From Sphyrna mokarran (lineage: Eukaryota): 64,000 nt of DNA. The stretch is from NCBI GenBank assembly GCA_024679065.1, contig JAGIQG010000010.1:39680001-39744000 (forward strand). The letters are read 5' to 3'. This document shows positions 24,931-35,821 of the stretch, piece after piece; position 1 is the stretch's first letter; the number at the start of each line of letters is the position of its first letter. A model generated the notes under the pieces. That model searched no databases and was not told where the DNA came from. It worked only from the letters and a program-made list of their open reading frames with translations. Both the position numbers and the translations under genes were made by a program.

Positions 24931-26734
24931 AGAGAGAATCTTGCTAGTCCTTTCAGTGCTAGAAGCTGCAGTGGACAGTACTGGGGCTACAAGCAGGTCC
25001 ACAGCCTGGCTTCTTCCTGTCCACATCTCCTCCTGCCAGCCTGGAAATTGAATGGGTCATTAATTGGGCACAAAAGCCCCTCAATTGAGGTAAGTTCTAG
25101 GACTTGCCCAACCTAAAGTAAAATTATGGAGAATTAAGTACGGAAAGAAAACCAGTGAGAAGGCCCTTTGAAAAATTTTACAGTTACTTCCCACTTACAA
25201 ACCTCCTAGTGGAGAAATGCCAGGTTATGCCTTATGACCCCCAGTGCTAGGTCTGGATCATTCATATATAATAGGAAAGGTAGGGGTCCTAACACCAACC
25301 CCTGTGAAAAGCAGAAGTTTAATTGTGGGTAATCAAAACCACATAGTATAAATTCTCTGACTAGCCTCTGTAGATCGATTATCCATTGTTCTAGCTAAAC
25401 CAATTGCTTTCTAATTTTTGCTAATGTTCTTAAATCCTTCCCTAAGTTCTCTTCATTGTTTGTTCACCATTACTCCCATGGTAACCTTCTGGTGTGCAAT
25501 TATTGAATTCTCTTTTGGGGATCAAACCTGAAGGGTTACTATAACTTTGTAATCAGAACACAAGGTGATTTTACATAAATCTTTTTTCTGGAGACTGTGT
25601 CAGTTACTTGAGCATGATGTAACACAAAGTATAATCTGAGACATTATCAAACCAAGCTTTAAAAATGATTCAGAAGTTATTTGATCCTTTTGGGCATCAT
25701 ATAAACTGAAACAATTTTTACAAATATTTTGATTCTCTCCAGCTCACTGCAAAATGTTTAAAATTCAGGAGTGGATATTGAGCAAGTGCATTGTCTTCTC
25801 ACAGCAGTGCCAGTGTGGATTAACAGTCCTTGAGTGTTTACTGTATAACTTCACGGCAGCTACCAGGCATTCTAAGTCTGAGTATAAACCACACCCTAAA
25901 CATGTGTGCTAATTCTCCACAGAATGTTGTAGCCACAGTTTTAAGGACAATTAGGACAAGTTCCATCCATTCAGAAATGGAAAACAAATCTGGAAAAATG
26001 AAACAAAATGAGTCTTGATATAAAAACACAGAACTAAATGCATTAAGATTTTATAGGTTTTGTAAAGAAACTTGGACATGTATAATATATGAAGAAAGAC
26101 CATTAAAGCACCAAACAAAGAAAACCCAGATGACTAGTGACTGCAAGAGAAGACAGATTTACATTACAGAATTTAAAAAAAAATCAAAACCTGTAACGTT
26201 TCTTGAAGCCACCATTAGCTGCTCCTGTTCTGTGCTGTATTTCCCTCTCAATACCTATCTTCACTGTCATTCAACTACCTTCAGAATTCTCTCCTGGCCT
26301 ATGTATTTGCAAGCCTGCAGTTTAGCACATCCTAGTATTATGATCTTCATTGAAACTGATAAGTTTTAAAAAGGTTCTTGAATTTTCAGTGACTTACTGG
26401 AATGATCACACAATTTCAAGTTTTAAGACTTATACAGTAGTAAACAAATTAAAAGCAACATTGTCTAAACACTATTCAGTAAGCAATTTTTACTCTAAAC
26501 TACAAGAATGATCTTCTATTTATAAAAATCCCCTCCATAGTTAATCTTTCTCTGTTCCTTAAGTGAAAACTTCATTCTCCAGGAACTAGTCTGAAGTTAT
26601 TCTTGGCTCCCAATAGCTTGCTTATTTTATTCCTTTTACAGCTAGATAATCCTTCAACTGATCTTCAGCTGGGGTAAGGATTAAACTGAAGGTTCTTCCC
26701 ACTAACCGGAGCTAGATGTATCTTCCAATCCATT

Positions 26735-28449
26735 TGTGGGAAGTTGTGCGTGGAGCCTGAGGAGATAGGAGAGACACTGAATGAGTATTTTTCGTCAGTA
26801 TTCACGCAGGAGAAAGACAATGTTATCGGGGAGAATACTGCGATACTAGGTTGTAGACTGGGCAGGATTGATGTTCATAAGGAGGAGGTGTTAGCGAATC
26901 TTGAGGGTATGAAAATTGATAAGTCCCCTGGGCCAGATGGGATTTACCCTAGGATTCTCTGGGAGGCTAGAGAGGAGATTGCAGAGCCTTTGGCTTTGAT
27001 CTTCATGTCGTCGTTAGCTACAGGTATAGTGCCGGAAGACTGGAGGATGGCAAATGTTGTCCCTTTGTTCAAAAAGGGGAGTAGGGACCATCCTGGAAAT
27101 TATAGACCGGTGAGCCTGACTTCTGTTGTGGGCAAGGTCTTGGAAAGAATTATAAGGGATAGGATTTATAAGCATCTAGAGAGAAATAAATTGATTAGGG
27201 ATAGTCAGCACGGTTTTGTGAAGGGTAGGTCGTGCCTCACAAACCTTATTGAGTTTTTTGAGGAGGTGACCAAAGAGGTAGATAAGGGTAAGGCAGTTGA
27301 TGTAGTGTATATGGATTTTAGCAAAGCGTTTGATAAGGTTCCCCATGGTAGGTACTGCAGAAAGTGCAGATGCATGGGATTGAAGGTGATTTAGCAGTTT
27401 GGATTAGGAATTGGCTAGCTGATAGAAGACAGAGGGTGGTGGTTGATGGGAAATATTCAACCTGGAGTGCAGTTACAAGTGGTGTACCTCAAGGATCTGT
27501 TTTAGGGCCACTGCTGTTTGTCATTTTTATACATGACCTAGATGAGGGTGTAGAGGGTTGGATTAGTAAATTTGCTGACGATACCAAAGTGGGGGGAGTT
27601 GTAGACAGCGAGGATGGATGTTACAGTTTGCAGAGGGACATAGGTTGCAGAGCTGGGCAGTGAGGTGGCAAATGGAATTCAATACGGATAAGTGTGAGGT
27701 GATTCACTTTGGTAGGAATAACAGGCAATTGAAATATAGGGCTAATGGAAGGACCCTTAATAGTGTTGTCGAGCAAAAGGATCTTGGGGTACAAGTACAT
27801 AGCTCTTTGAAAGTTGGCACCCAGGTTGATAAAGTTGTTAAGAAGGCGTACGGTGTGTTAGCTTTTATTGGTAGAGGGATTGAAATTAGGAGCCGTGAGG
27901 TTATGTTACAACTGTACAAAACTCTGGTGCGGCCGCACTTGGAGTATTGCGTACAGTTCTGGTCGCCGCATTATAAGAAAAGATGTGGAAGCGTTGGAAA
28001 GGGTGCAGAGGAGGTTTACCAGGATGTTGCCTGGTATGGTGGGAAGGCCTTATGAGGAAAGGCTGAGGGACCTGAGGTTATTTTCATTAGAGAGAAGAAG
28101 GTTACGCGGTGACCTAATTGAGGCGTAGAAGATGATCAAGGGATTGGATAGGGTGGATAGTGAGAGCCTTTTTCCTCGGATGGTGATGACCAACACGAGG
28201 GGACATAACTTTAAATTAAGAGGTGGTAGTTATAGGACGGATGTCAGAGGCAGGTTCTTTACACAGAGTGTGGTGAGGGCGTGGAATGCCCTGCCTGCAG
28301 CAGTTGTGGACTCGCCTACTTTGGGGGCATTCAAATGTTCGGTGGATAGGCATATGGATGATATTGGAATAGTTTAGGGTAGAGGGTCCACTGGCCGGCG
28401 CAACAGAGGGCCGAAGAGCCTGTACTGCGCTGTAATGTTCTATGTTCTA
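26735..28449 (+). mobile_element. 5'-truncated, relatively young CR1 LINE (RT domain to 3' end)
   Basis: [71 protein letters not shown] and [15 protein letters not shown] across frameshifted ORFs. Ends in (gttctat)n. Confidence 0.97.
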
Positions 28450-28841
28450 TTTAAATTCTTACAAACTTGATCTCTTCAATCCAAGTGTGGGCTCCTATTC
28501 ACATTCTGCATGGTAAACCATACAGACCGGCTGCCTCGATCTCTCAGCTCTTTCTCTCCAGTTCTTGCAGACAGACCTGTTTCTGTTTTGGCAGTGATAC
28601 CTTGGAAAACCCTATAAACTGATACTACAATGAATTGCTATGGACTCATCCTGTCTCAAATCCATCCCCACAACAACGTGAATCGTATGGGCCTTGCATC
28701 CAGGTAGCAATGCTGATTAGTTATCCTCTAGATCTCGACCTTCAACTCCATCCAATCTTGAAATTAAATAGACAGTTTAAAATATAACTGTTCATAAAAC
28801 CTTAAATTCTGAACATGTCATAATGAGACTTGGGAGACTCA

Positions 28842-28964
28842 GGGCAGGATTTTCTGGCTCCACTCATCCCAAGGTTGGAAAATCCCACCTGAGGTTAGTG
28901 GACCTTTGCATGGTCCAAGCCTGCCCACTACAATCCCCATGGCAGACAGGACAGGAAAATTCCT
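28842..28964. mobile_element. Short MITE (family also at 50525-50664 and 56565-56685)
   Basis: gggcaggattttc ... gaaaattcctct TIR-like ends. Internal aaaatccc..tggacctttgcatggtcc shared with the other copies. Confidence 0.65.
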
Positions 28965-29212
28965 CTGTAATAGTCATGCCCACATTATTACAAATGCTCT
29001 TAACATTGTGCAAGGTAGTCACACCCGTAGACATTTTTACCAACAAAACAATCTGGCCCCCTTTAATGTTTAACAAACAAGGCACCTGAGCTTGTGGGTG
29101 GAATTCAGAACAGGTCACATGACACCCTTCATTCCTCCATTTTACCCTATGTTGAAAAGGCGGTTCCATGTGTGTTTCACGACATTTAATTTTACCTGGG
29201 CCATAACACAGA

Positions 29213-29395
29213 TATAATGTGGAGATGCCGGCATCGAACTGGGGTAAACACAGTAAGAAGTCTCACAATGTCAGGTTAAAGTCCAACAAGTTTATTTGGT
29301 AACAAAAGCCACTAGCTTTCAGACTGCTGCCCCTTCACCTGACGAAGGGACAGCATTCCCAAAGCTCATGGCTTTTGCTGATGTTGAGAGACTTA
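29213..29395. mobile_element. Penelope-like element terminal remnant with inverted duplication
   Basis: Minus-strand PLE end (gatgtggagatgccggc...ggggtaaacacagtaagaagtctcacaa) followed by an inverted copy cctgacgaagggacagcattcccaaagctcatggcttttgct. Confidence 0.8.
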
Positions 29396-30024
29396 TTATT
29401 GCCATAACGCAGATCCATGGAAAATGACCACAGATCTGATAAATTGGCCAGATGTGAGGAAATGTTAACCTAATAAGTTACAAAGAAAAACTCCGTGGAA
29501 AGCTCACACCTCAGAATTTAAATGGAAATTGATTAAATATAATTATACAAATGGAGATGAATGTAATTTGATTGAATATATATTAGATACAATACATCGA
29601 AATAGGTACAGTAAAAGGCTGTTTTCTTTTGCACTAATACAATCGGGAATGTAGCCTTTGAATTATTCATTGCAGCACAACGGTGGCGGTAATGTAAATT
29701 GGATGACACTGATGTTGAAATTGCGGAGCTCAGAGACACAGGCAAAAGTGTTTGTCCACGCACCTTTTCCCTTCTGTTGACTGGTTCTCTCTTATGAATA
29801 GCCCTATTTGCCAAGTTAGGACGGGTGAAAATTGCCATTGTTTTTTTTCCCCACACGTAACCCGATTCCACATTTGAGGGGATATTGCTTGGGCAAATCC
29901 GAACCTCTTTCAAAATCATTGGTCGGAGAGGCAGAGTGAAAAAAAACTGTTTGGAAATTTGTGAAATCGTTTGGAACTAACTAGCAAAATAACAAATAAA
30001 CACAAATATTAACTCTCAACACGT

Positions 30025-30375
30025 CCATGTGTAATCATGTGTCATGTTTAACTTTGCTGGCGAGATTTGACAGAACATTTCAATGAATTTATTTCCTATA
30101 ATGAATTAATAGCAGCGGCATCTTTGGGTGATTTATCCGCATTAGCAATGGGTGCAGTTCCGATGATCATTTGCAGTCTGTGCATCAATTATTTACCTCT
30201 GAGGTCATGTATCTGTATTCTGCAGTAGCTTCCAGATGCAGACAGACTATTGATCCCTATTTCCCCCGTGCATGTTTCAAATGAGGAATTATATCTGCAT
30301 GAAACATTTACTTAGTAATGACAAACGGAAAATTATGAAGCAAGCTGCTGCCTTATTGACGTTTTCACCAGCAGG
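30025..30375. promoter_or_regulatory. Candidate conserved non-coding element (enhancer-like)
   Basis: Repeat-free with retained CpGs and dense TAAT/ATTA, TGACAG and TGATTTAT (PBX-HOX-like) motifs. No credible ORF. Inference only; no alignment available. Confidence 0.45.
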
Positions 30376-31129
30376 GGACTCTCTCCACAAATATGTCTTT
30401 GAGCACACATTTTCAAACCCAGCCAGGATAAGTGGACGGGGTAAACTATTTCTAATACAGGATTTAAGACATCGGGGCGAATCCCGCTGGAAATTTAAAA
30501 TCGATTCCAACCTATTCCGGTCCCACTCACCAGATGAACCCCTTTGTGATCAAAAAGCAGCACAGTTAACGCCACCCGAAGTCAGCACCAATTCCCTGCG
30601 GGATCTTGCAAAAAAATGCGCGTTGAGGACATTTTTTTTCATACCTTGTTTATTCGAATAACTTCTTATTGGGCGGGTCATGGATTCCAATTACTGACAC
30701 GCTGTAAAATCAGATTCTCTTTTTGAACCTTTATTTTTCGACAAGGTTATTTTGCTCCATTGGCGAATGTTGTATTTTAAAGCTTTTCTAAAACTTCTGT
30801 TTTGTCGAAAAGATTAAAAACATAGGCTGCAGAATTAGAGTGTGTACTTAAGCTCTATAAAAGATGATTGGACCAATGTCCAACGGGGATGTCATTTTGA
30901 TAAGGCTGGTGATGTGGGTACAGGGAAGCAAGCTCACATTTTTCAGCATAATCTCTTTTGGTAGCAGATTGTGGCATCATTCGGCGTGCAATGTTACCAT
31001 TTTCCATTTTAAGCCTTCAGCTAACGTGCCCTCTTTGCCTGAACATTATTTGCTGTTGCTGAGTTAGTAGAAGGATTTGGTGATTTACATGCTTCTTTCA
31101 ACATGCTTAAGCTGCAGGACGTAGTGTGG

Positions 31130-31800
31130 CACATGCCGAAGGCCTTGGTTTTGACTTCAAAGGTTCTGCTCAAACCACAAGGTCCCATTTGACATGGCCA
31201 TGAACTTTGACGTGTTGAGCTCCTTCCAGACTGGAGCAGGTGATATTCCAGCTGTTGTATAAAGGTGGTCACTTCGTATGTAAAAAGAGCTGGATACCTT
31301 TCGTTCTCACTTCCCAGATAATAGAAAGTGGATGAACATACAGCGTTGCCGGAATTGCAGGTTTCCTTTTGGCACAAGATACAATTCATTGCACGCCCAT
31401 TGCTCTGTGGATGAAACTAGTAATTTGAGTTGTGCAACAACCAGAAAGGATTCCACACACTCTGTCCAGCTGATGCGGCAATAGGTAACGTAATGTAACT
31501 TGTATGCTAGCAGTAGTCTTATGTCTTCAGTCTAGGGGAGTCGGCTTAACCATCCTTATTTAGATTACCATAACAAATCAGAGTGGCTACTGGGCGACAA
31601 GAGCAATCAGCTGCCTACCCGCTTTAAGTAATCCGTGCACTGACGGCCAGAAAGCTGTACAGCCACATTAAATGTGATTGAAGAAGTCATTGGAACACTT
31701 AACACTTCCGCCTCCCGTACACCTTTGCAGGAACTCTGCAGTATTCTGCAGAGATTGTTCCCCAATTCATTGCATTTTGCTGCATCCTGCACAAATTCAC
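31130..31800 (+). pseudogene. Fossil PIF/Harbinger (HARBI1-like) DDE transposase
   Basis: Ordered motifs across frames: MAMNFDVLSSFQTGAGDI (31194), GIAGFLLAQDTIHCTPIAL (31351), NQKGFHTL (31439), WLLGDK (31584), VIEEVIGTL (31674), GTLQYSAEIVPQFIAFCCILHK (31730). These correspond to Harbinger F.ASGSFQ / IAGFP.V.GAIDCTHVAI / NRKGFHSLNVQ / WLLGDKGY / IEQTIG.LK / G.LQYSP...CC.LHN. Confidence 0.88.
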
Positions 31801-32092
31801 CTTCATAAGAAAACAGGCTCTGCTGGTGTATACAGAGAAACAAGAAGAAAGAATGAGGTAACCAATACATTCCTTTGCTGGTCAGGCTATCTATGAACAA
31901 TTTATCCAGCTGGAATACCAGTGAATACAACCCCAGTTCCCCATTCATCAACAGTCCGATATCTTACCTTCCCCTCTGTCCCTCACCATCACAGCACCAT
32001 TTTGGCCAAATGAAAGTCACCATCAGATAACATTCCATTCCAACTTAATCATTCAAACCTTCTCATGTTCCATACCAAAGTCAAATATCATG

Positions 32093-32335
32093 AAATCATA
32101 GAATACCAACAATGCAGAAGGAGACATTTGGTCCATTGAACTTGCACTGGCAACAATCCCACACATTCCCTATTCCCATAACCCTATATATTTACCCTGA
32201 TAATCTCCCTGATACTGAGGGGCAATTTAGCATGGCCAATCAGCTTAACCCACACATCTTTGGAGTGTGGGAGAAAACCAGAGCACCTGGAAGAAACCCA
32301 CAAATACATGAGGAGAATGTGCAAACTCTACATAA
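32093..32335 (-). mobile_element. HE1-like V-SINE, 5'-truncated
   Basis: ggggcaatttagcatggccaatcagcttaacccacacatctttggagtgtgggagaaaaccagagcacctggaagaaaccca is the reverse complement of the V-domain. Confidence 0.85.
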
Positions 32336-32599
32336 CAATGTCTCCTGTGCTTTCCTTCAGCAGTTTTTCCTGGCTTTGTGCTGCTAATGAATGCAGTGCT
32401 ACTCCAGTGGTTACAACACAGTTGATGGAAAGCTGACTTTCAGAGAAGTAGGGGGAAGAGAATTTTTGGTGGCCTTTCAAGATGTGTCAAGCAACTTCGG
32501 GCCTCAAAAGCTCAGCTTTGGATTGCACCATCTCAATGTGGGCAGCAGCAGTCTGTGTTGTTTCATGAATAGGCAACGGCAAAGACAGTTAGAGATAAT

Positions 32600-33200
32600 A
32601 GTGATGGATAGATAAATGCATACAGAGGGAGGACATCAGATATGTGCACTGTGGAGTCACTGTGTTTCCAAAGCAGTAGTGCCTCAGAAATCTAGCAATG
32701 TATTGGAAGACAGATATGTTGGACTGCTGTAAGGTTTTGCCAGCCTCTTTGAACATTGGTATCAGCAATTAGGATACCAGTGGTCTGAGCTTGTGTGGCC
32801 GCAAGTTGGCCCTGCATAATATCAGATGTTGGATGATTTCTGCTTATGTTGCAATGGAAACTGGAACATTAGTCATTGCATTATGGTTGTGTCCACACTG
32901 TGCTAATAAATTTGGCCAGAACGTTACATTAGAAAGGATGGCTTCCAAATTCTGCACAAAACTTGTGCCATGCTCCTCCGCGCTTCTCAACCAGGACAGC
33001 AGACTTACTGATCAGTCTGCCAGTGCATTAAGCTTTTCATTGTTCATATCCATCAGCCTATTCTGTAGGCTACACCATCAAAACCCTCACCTGAATTTTA
33101 TGCAGCAGAATTTATGTGTGACCTTGCCCTCCAATGAGCTGGTATCTACACCAACCTGGTCCCCTGCCCACTTTACTTCTAAACTACAGGTAATGTTAAT
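32600..33200 (-). mobile_element. Decayed coding repeat, probable Harbinger accessory-ORF C-terminal region (second copy at 50990-51500)
   Basis: Colinear similarity to 51000-51500 (tgtgtgaccttgccctccaatgagctggta vs tgtgtgaccttgccttctggtgagttagta; gttgcaatggaaactgga vs gttgcaatgaaaactgag). Convergent with the transposase fossil. The accessory-ORF assignment is inference. Confidence 0.55.
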
Positions 33201-33526
33201 ATCTGTGCTGGTGGCTGCAAGTATGCTAATGAGAGGCATTGTTTCTTCCTCATCATTGTCTGCCTGCTGTTTTACCTCCTGCTGTTATATCACTACCAGA
33301 CTAGATAGCAGTTCTTCGGTATTTGGAAGGAAAAAGATACAAGGAGACGTAAGGGGAAAAGGAACAGCAAAGTATGCACACTTATACCATCTGCAGCTTG
33401 TAAATCAGAAGAGATGGTGGGATGAGGGGGAAGTGAAATGTGAGAAGGAGGAGTAATTACAAGCATGCCATCATTTTCAATTGTTTTAGTATTAGCTGTG
33501 CACAGTCTCAGCCAAGTTACTCCAAT

Positions 33527-33702
33527 GATGATGTAGAGATGCCAGCGTTGGACTGGGGTAAACTCAATTAGAGTCTGGCAACACCAATTTTAAATCCAAC
33601 CGATTTATTTGATAGTAAATCTGCTAGCTTTCAGCGTTTGTGCCTTCATCAGGTGAATGAGGTGTTCTGGTCTCCAAAAGCACACATATCAGCACAGACA
33701 GT
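33527..33702 (-). mobile_element. Penelope 3' terminal fragment (same family as 35822-37155) with hammerhead-like core
   Basis: Reverse complement matches 37021-37155. Contains cacCTGATGAaggcacaaacgctGAAAgctagc. Confidence 0.85.
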
Positions 33703-33711
33703 TTACAGTTT

Positions 33712-33775
33712 ACAGGCGCGGGCTCGTTGGGCCGAAGGGTCTGTTTGCCGTGCTGTTTTGTTCTTTGTTCTTTGA
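33712..33775 (+). mobile_element. Isolated 3' tail of the CR1/V-SINE composite family
   Basis: gcgggctcgttgggccgaagggtctgtttgccgtgctgttttgttctttgttcttt matches the ends at 14595 and 37414. Confidence 0.75.
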
Positions 33776-34829
33776 TAACCATTGAAAATTATTCTAACAC
33801 TTAGTGTTATATTAAAAAATACATAGTATATGTAGTATTTTGTTGGAATAGAAATGAAACGTTATACAGTAGTGATGACAAGATCACACAAAAGTGTCAT
33901 CCCCACAGTTTTTACCGAGTATCAGAATTTTGAAGATTTTTGTTAAAAAGGACATCATTCAATTTAGCGCAGCCGTCGGAACGCCAATCCACAGAGAACG
34001 GAATAATCGCGCGTTCCTTCACTCAATGCCCCGAATGCTAAACCAACTTTTAACTTAAAAGCATTTCATCAGTCGGCAGCCAAGTTGCACTGCAACCAGC
34101 GTAACTAACCTCTCTGTTATTTGAAATCGATTGGGGCGTGGGGTCGCATGGGGAGTGACACTTAGCGCATTCAATCGCTTATCTCTCTGACCTCGGCCTG
34201 TTCCTTTCCCTCTTGCCATATGGTACTCGGGAGAAATCCCGTCAGTACGAATTTGTGCCGACTGTATTATTTTCATCCTCTAAGGAGAAATGGGGGAAAT
34301 AGATGTATTATGTTAATAGATTTCCTGTGCAGTATCTATTCAGAAAATAACCTCAAACAACCTCTTGCTCCCTGGTGTAATGACAATATTGTAATGGCTA
34401 TCCTGGGTGGAATTGAACTAAGCTAATCTTACTGAAACGGATTTCAGTAATTTAGCCATATGTGTGTTTTTTTTTATGTTGGGAAGCATAGCCTTCAGTT
34501 CAAACTAACATTCGAACTAAGAGAATGTTTTATTTAAGAGTGAGTAGCCTGTGTTTGTTTTGTGCTGTTTCTTTTTAAGTCACGATTGCTCACTGTTTTG
34601 TATAACAGTTTGTCAGCTTGTGCCGATTTAAACAGTAATAGTCCCAGTTCAACATTTTGGCCTCTTGAACGTGGTATGAATAGTCCTTCAAAACAATACC
34701 CAGGTTGCTGTTCAAGGTCTATTTTGCTGTAGTTATTTGTTTCCAATTTAACCCTTCTGTCAATAAAAAGTTTACAATATATGCCAGCCTTTCTGTAAGC
34801 CAATAACCTAACAGGTGTTGGCAACATTG

Positions 34830-35150
34830 GCTAACTGGTAGTACTGTCGCCCCCAAATCAAAAGATTAAATTAAAATTATACTAGAAATTAGTAACGAGG
34901 AAGTGCTGCACTTATAGGGATGCCCTCTTCCCAATGCGATATTTAAGCTCGCCTCTGTCAAGTGGATGGGAAATATTCCATGGTACTTCTCAAAGAAGGC
35001 CAAGGGTATTCTCTGTGCCTTTGCCAATACTTATCTCTCAACCAACATCCAGCATGTTATTCTCTCACTGTTGCTTGTGGGATCTTGCTGTATTTTGGAA
35101 TGCCCTGAATTGGTGAAAGGTGCTCAGTGTAAGTTCTCTTTTTCTTTCAA
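34830..35150 (+). mobile_element. Deu-SINE (SacSINE1-like), degenerate
   Basis: gaggaagtgctgcact..., ccatggtacttctcaaagaagg, gccaatacttatctctcaaccaacatc, ctgttgcttgtgggatcttgctgt, gtgaaaggtgct. Confidence 0.75.
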
Positions 35151-35475
35151 AGAGCTCAGTGCAGGCACTGTCACGACACGCTATTTTATCTTCAATGCAA
35201 CAACTTCCACTTCAAATAAATCAGACGTGAGTATCCTGGTACTGAAACAACGCCCACTTACTAATCTATCCCAAGACACCAGAAACAGCAAGAAAACATT
35301 GGAAATATTTAGTGATTGATTACCTCAACTTTATTGACAGAGCATCAGCAGAGCAGATAACAAATCTACAGAAAGAAAAACTCCTTATCCAATATTTTAA
35401 AAATATACTCTTGAGCCTTTGCTAAAGGTGAGTTGGAAGATTTGTTATTTCACAATAATAAGGCTGTTAACAGTA

Positions 35476-35821
35476 TTTGATTTGATTTATTATTGTCATG
35501 TATTATTATACACTGAAAAGTATTGTTTCTTGCGTGCTATACAGACAAAGCATACCATTCATCTAGAAGAAAATGAGAGAGTGCAGAATGTAGTGCTACA
35601 GTCATAGCTAGGATGTAGAGAAAAATCAACTTAATGCTAGGAGATCCATTTTAAAGTTTGACGGCAGCAGGGAAGAAGCTGTTCTTGAATTGGTTGTACA
35701 TGACCTTAGATTTTTTATATCTTTCCGTCAATGGAAGAAGGTGGAAGAGAGAATGTCCAGGGTGTGTGGGGTCCTTAATTCTGCAGGCTGTTTTGCTGAG
35801 ACAGTGGGAAATGTAGACAGA
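35476..35821 (-). mobile_element. Rex1/Babar LINE 3' part (split by Penelope insertion)
   Basis: Minus-strand SVYISHCLSKTACRIKDPTHPGHSLFHLLP...FKNSFFPAAVKL. Tail is the reverse complement of tttgatttgatttatt. Confidence 0.88.

Noticed and set aside
26030-28822. Possible solo LTR split by the CR1 at 26735-28449
   Set aside because: No clear TG...CA ends or TSD identifiable, and no second copy in the window.
31607-31951. Minus-strand ORF with apparent splice acceptor (about 31824) and donor (about 31619), a possible exon
   Set aside because: Antisense to the Harbinger transposase fossil, and the peptide is not recognisable.
32791-33456. 221-aa plus-strand ORF
   Set aside because: No recognisable domain. 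It lies antisense to a decayed repeat ORF that has a second copy at 51 kb.
35690-35821. N-terminal 44 codons of the 387-aa ORF
   Set aside because: Antisense Rex1 sequence upstream of the TSD, not part of the Penelope protein.
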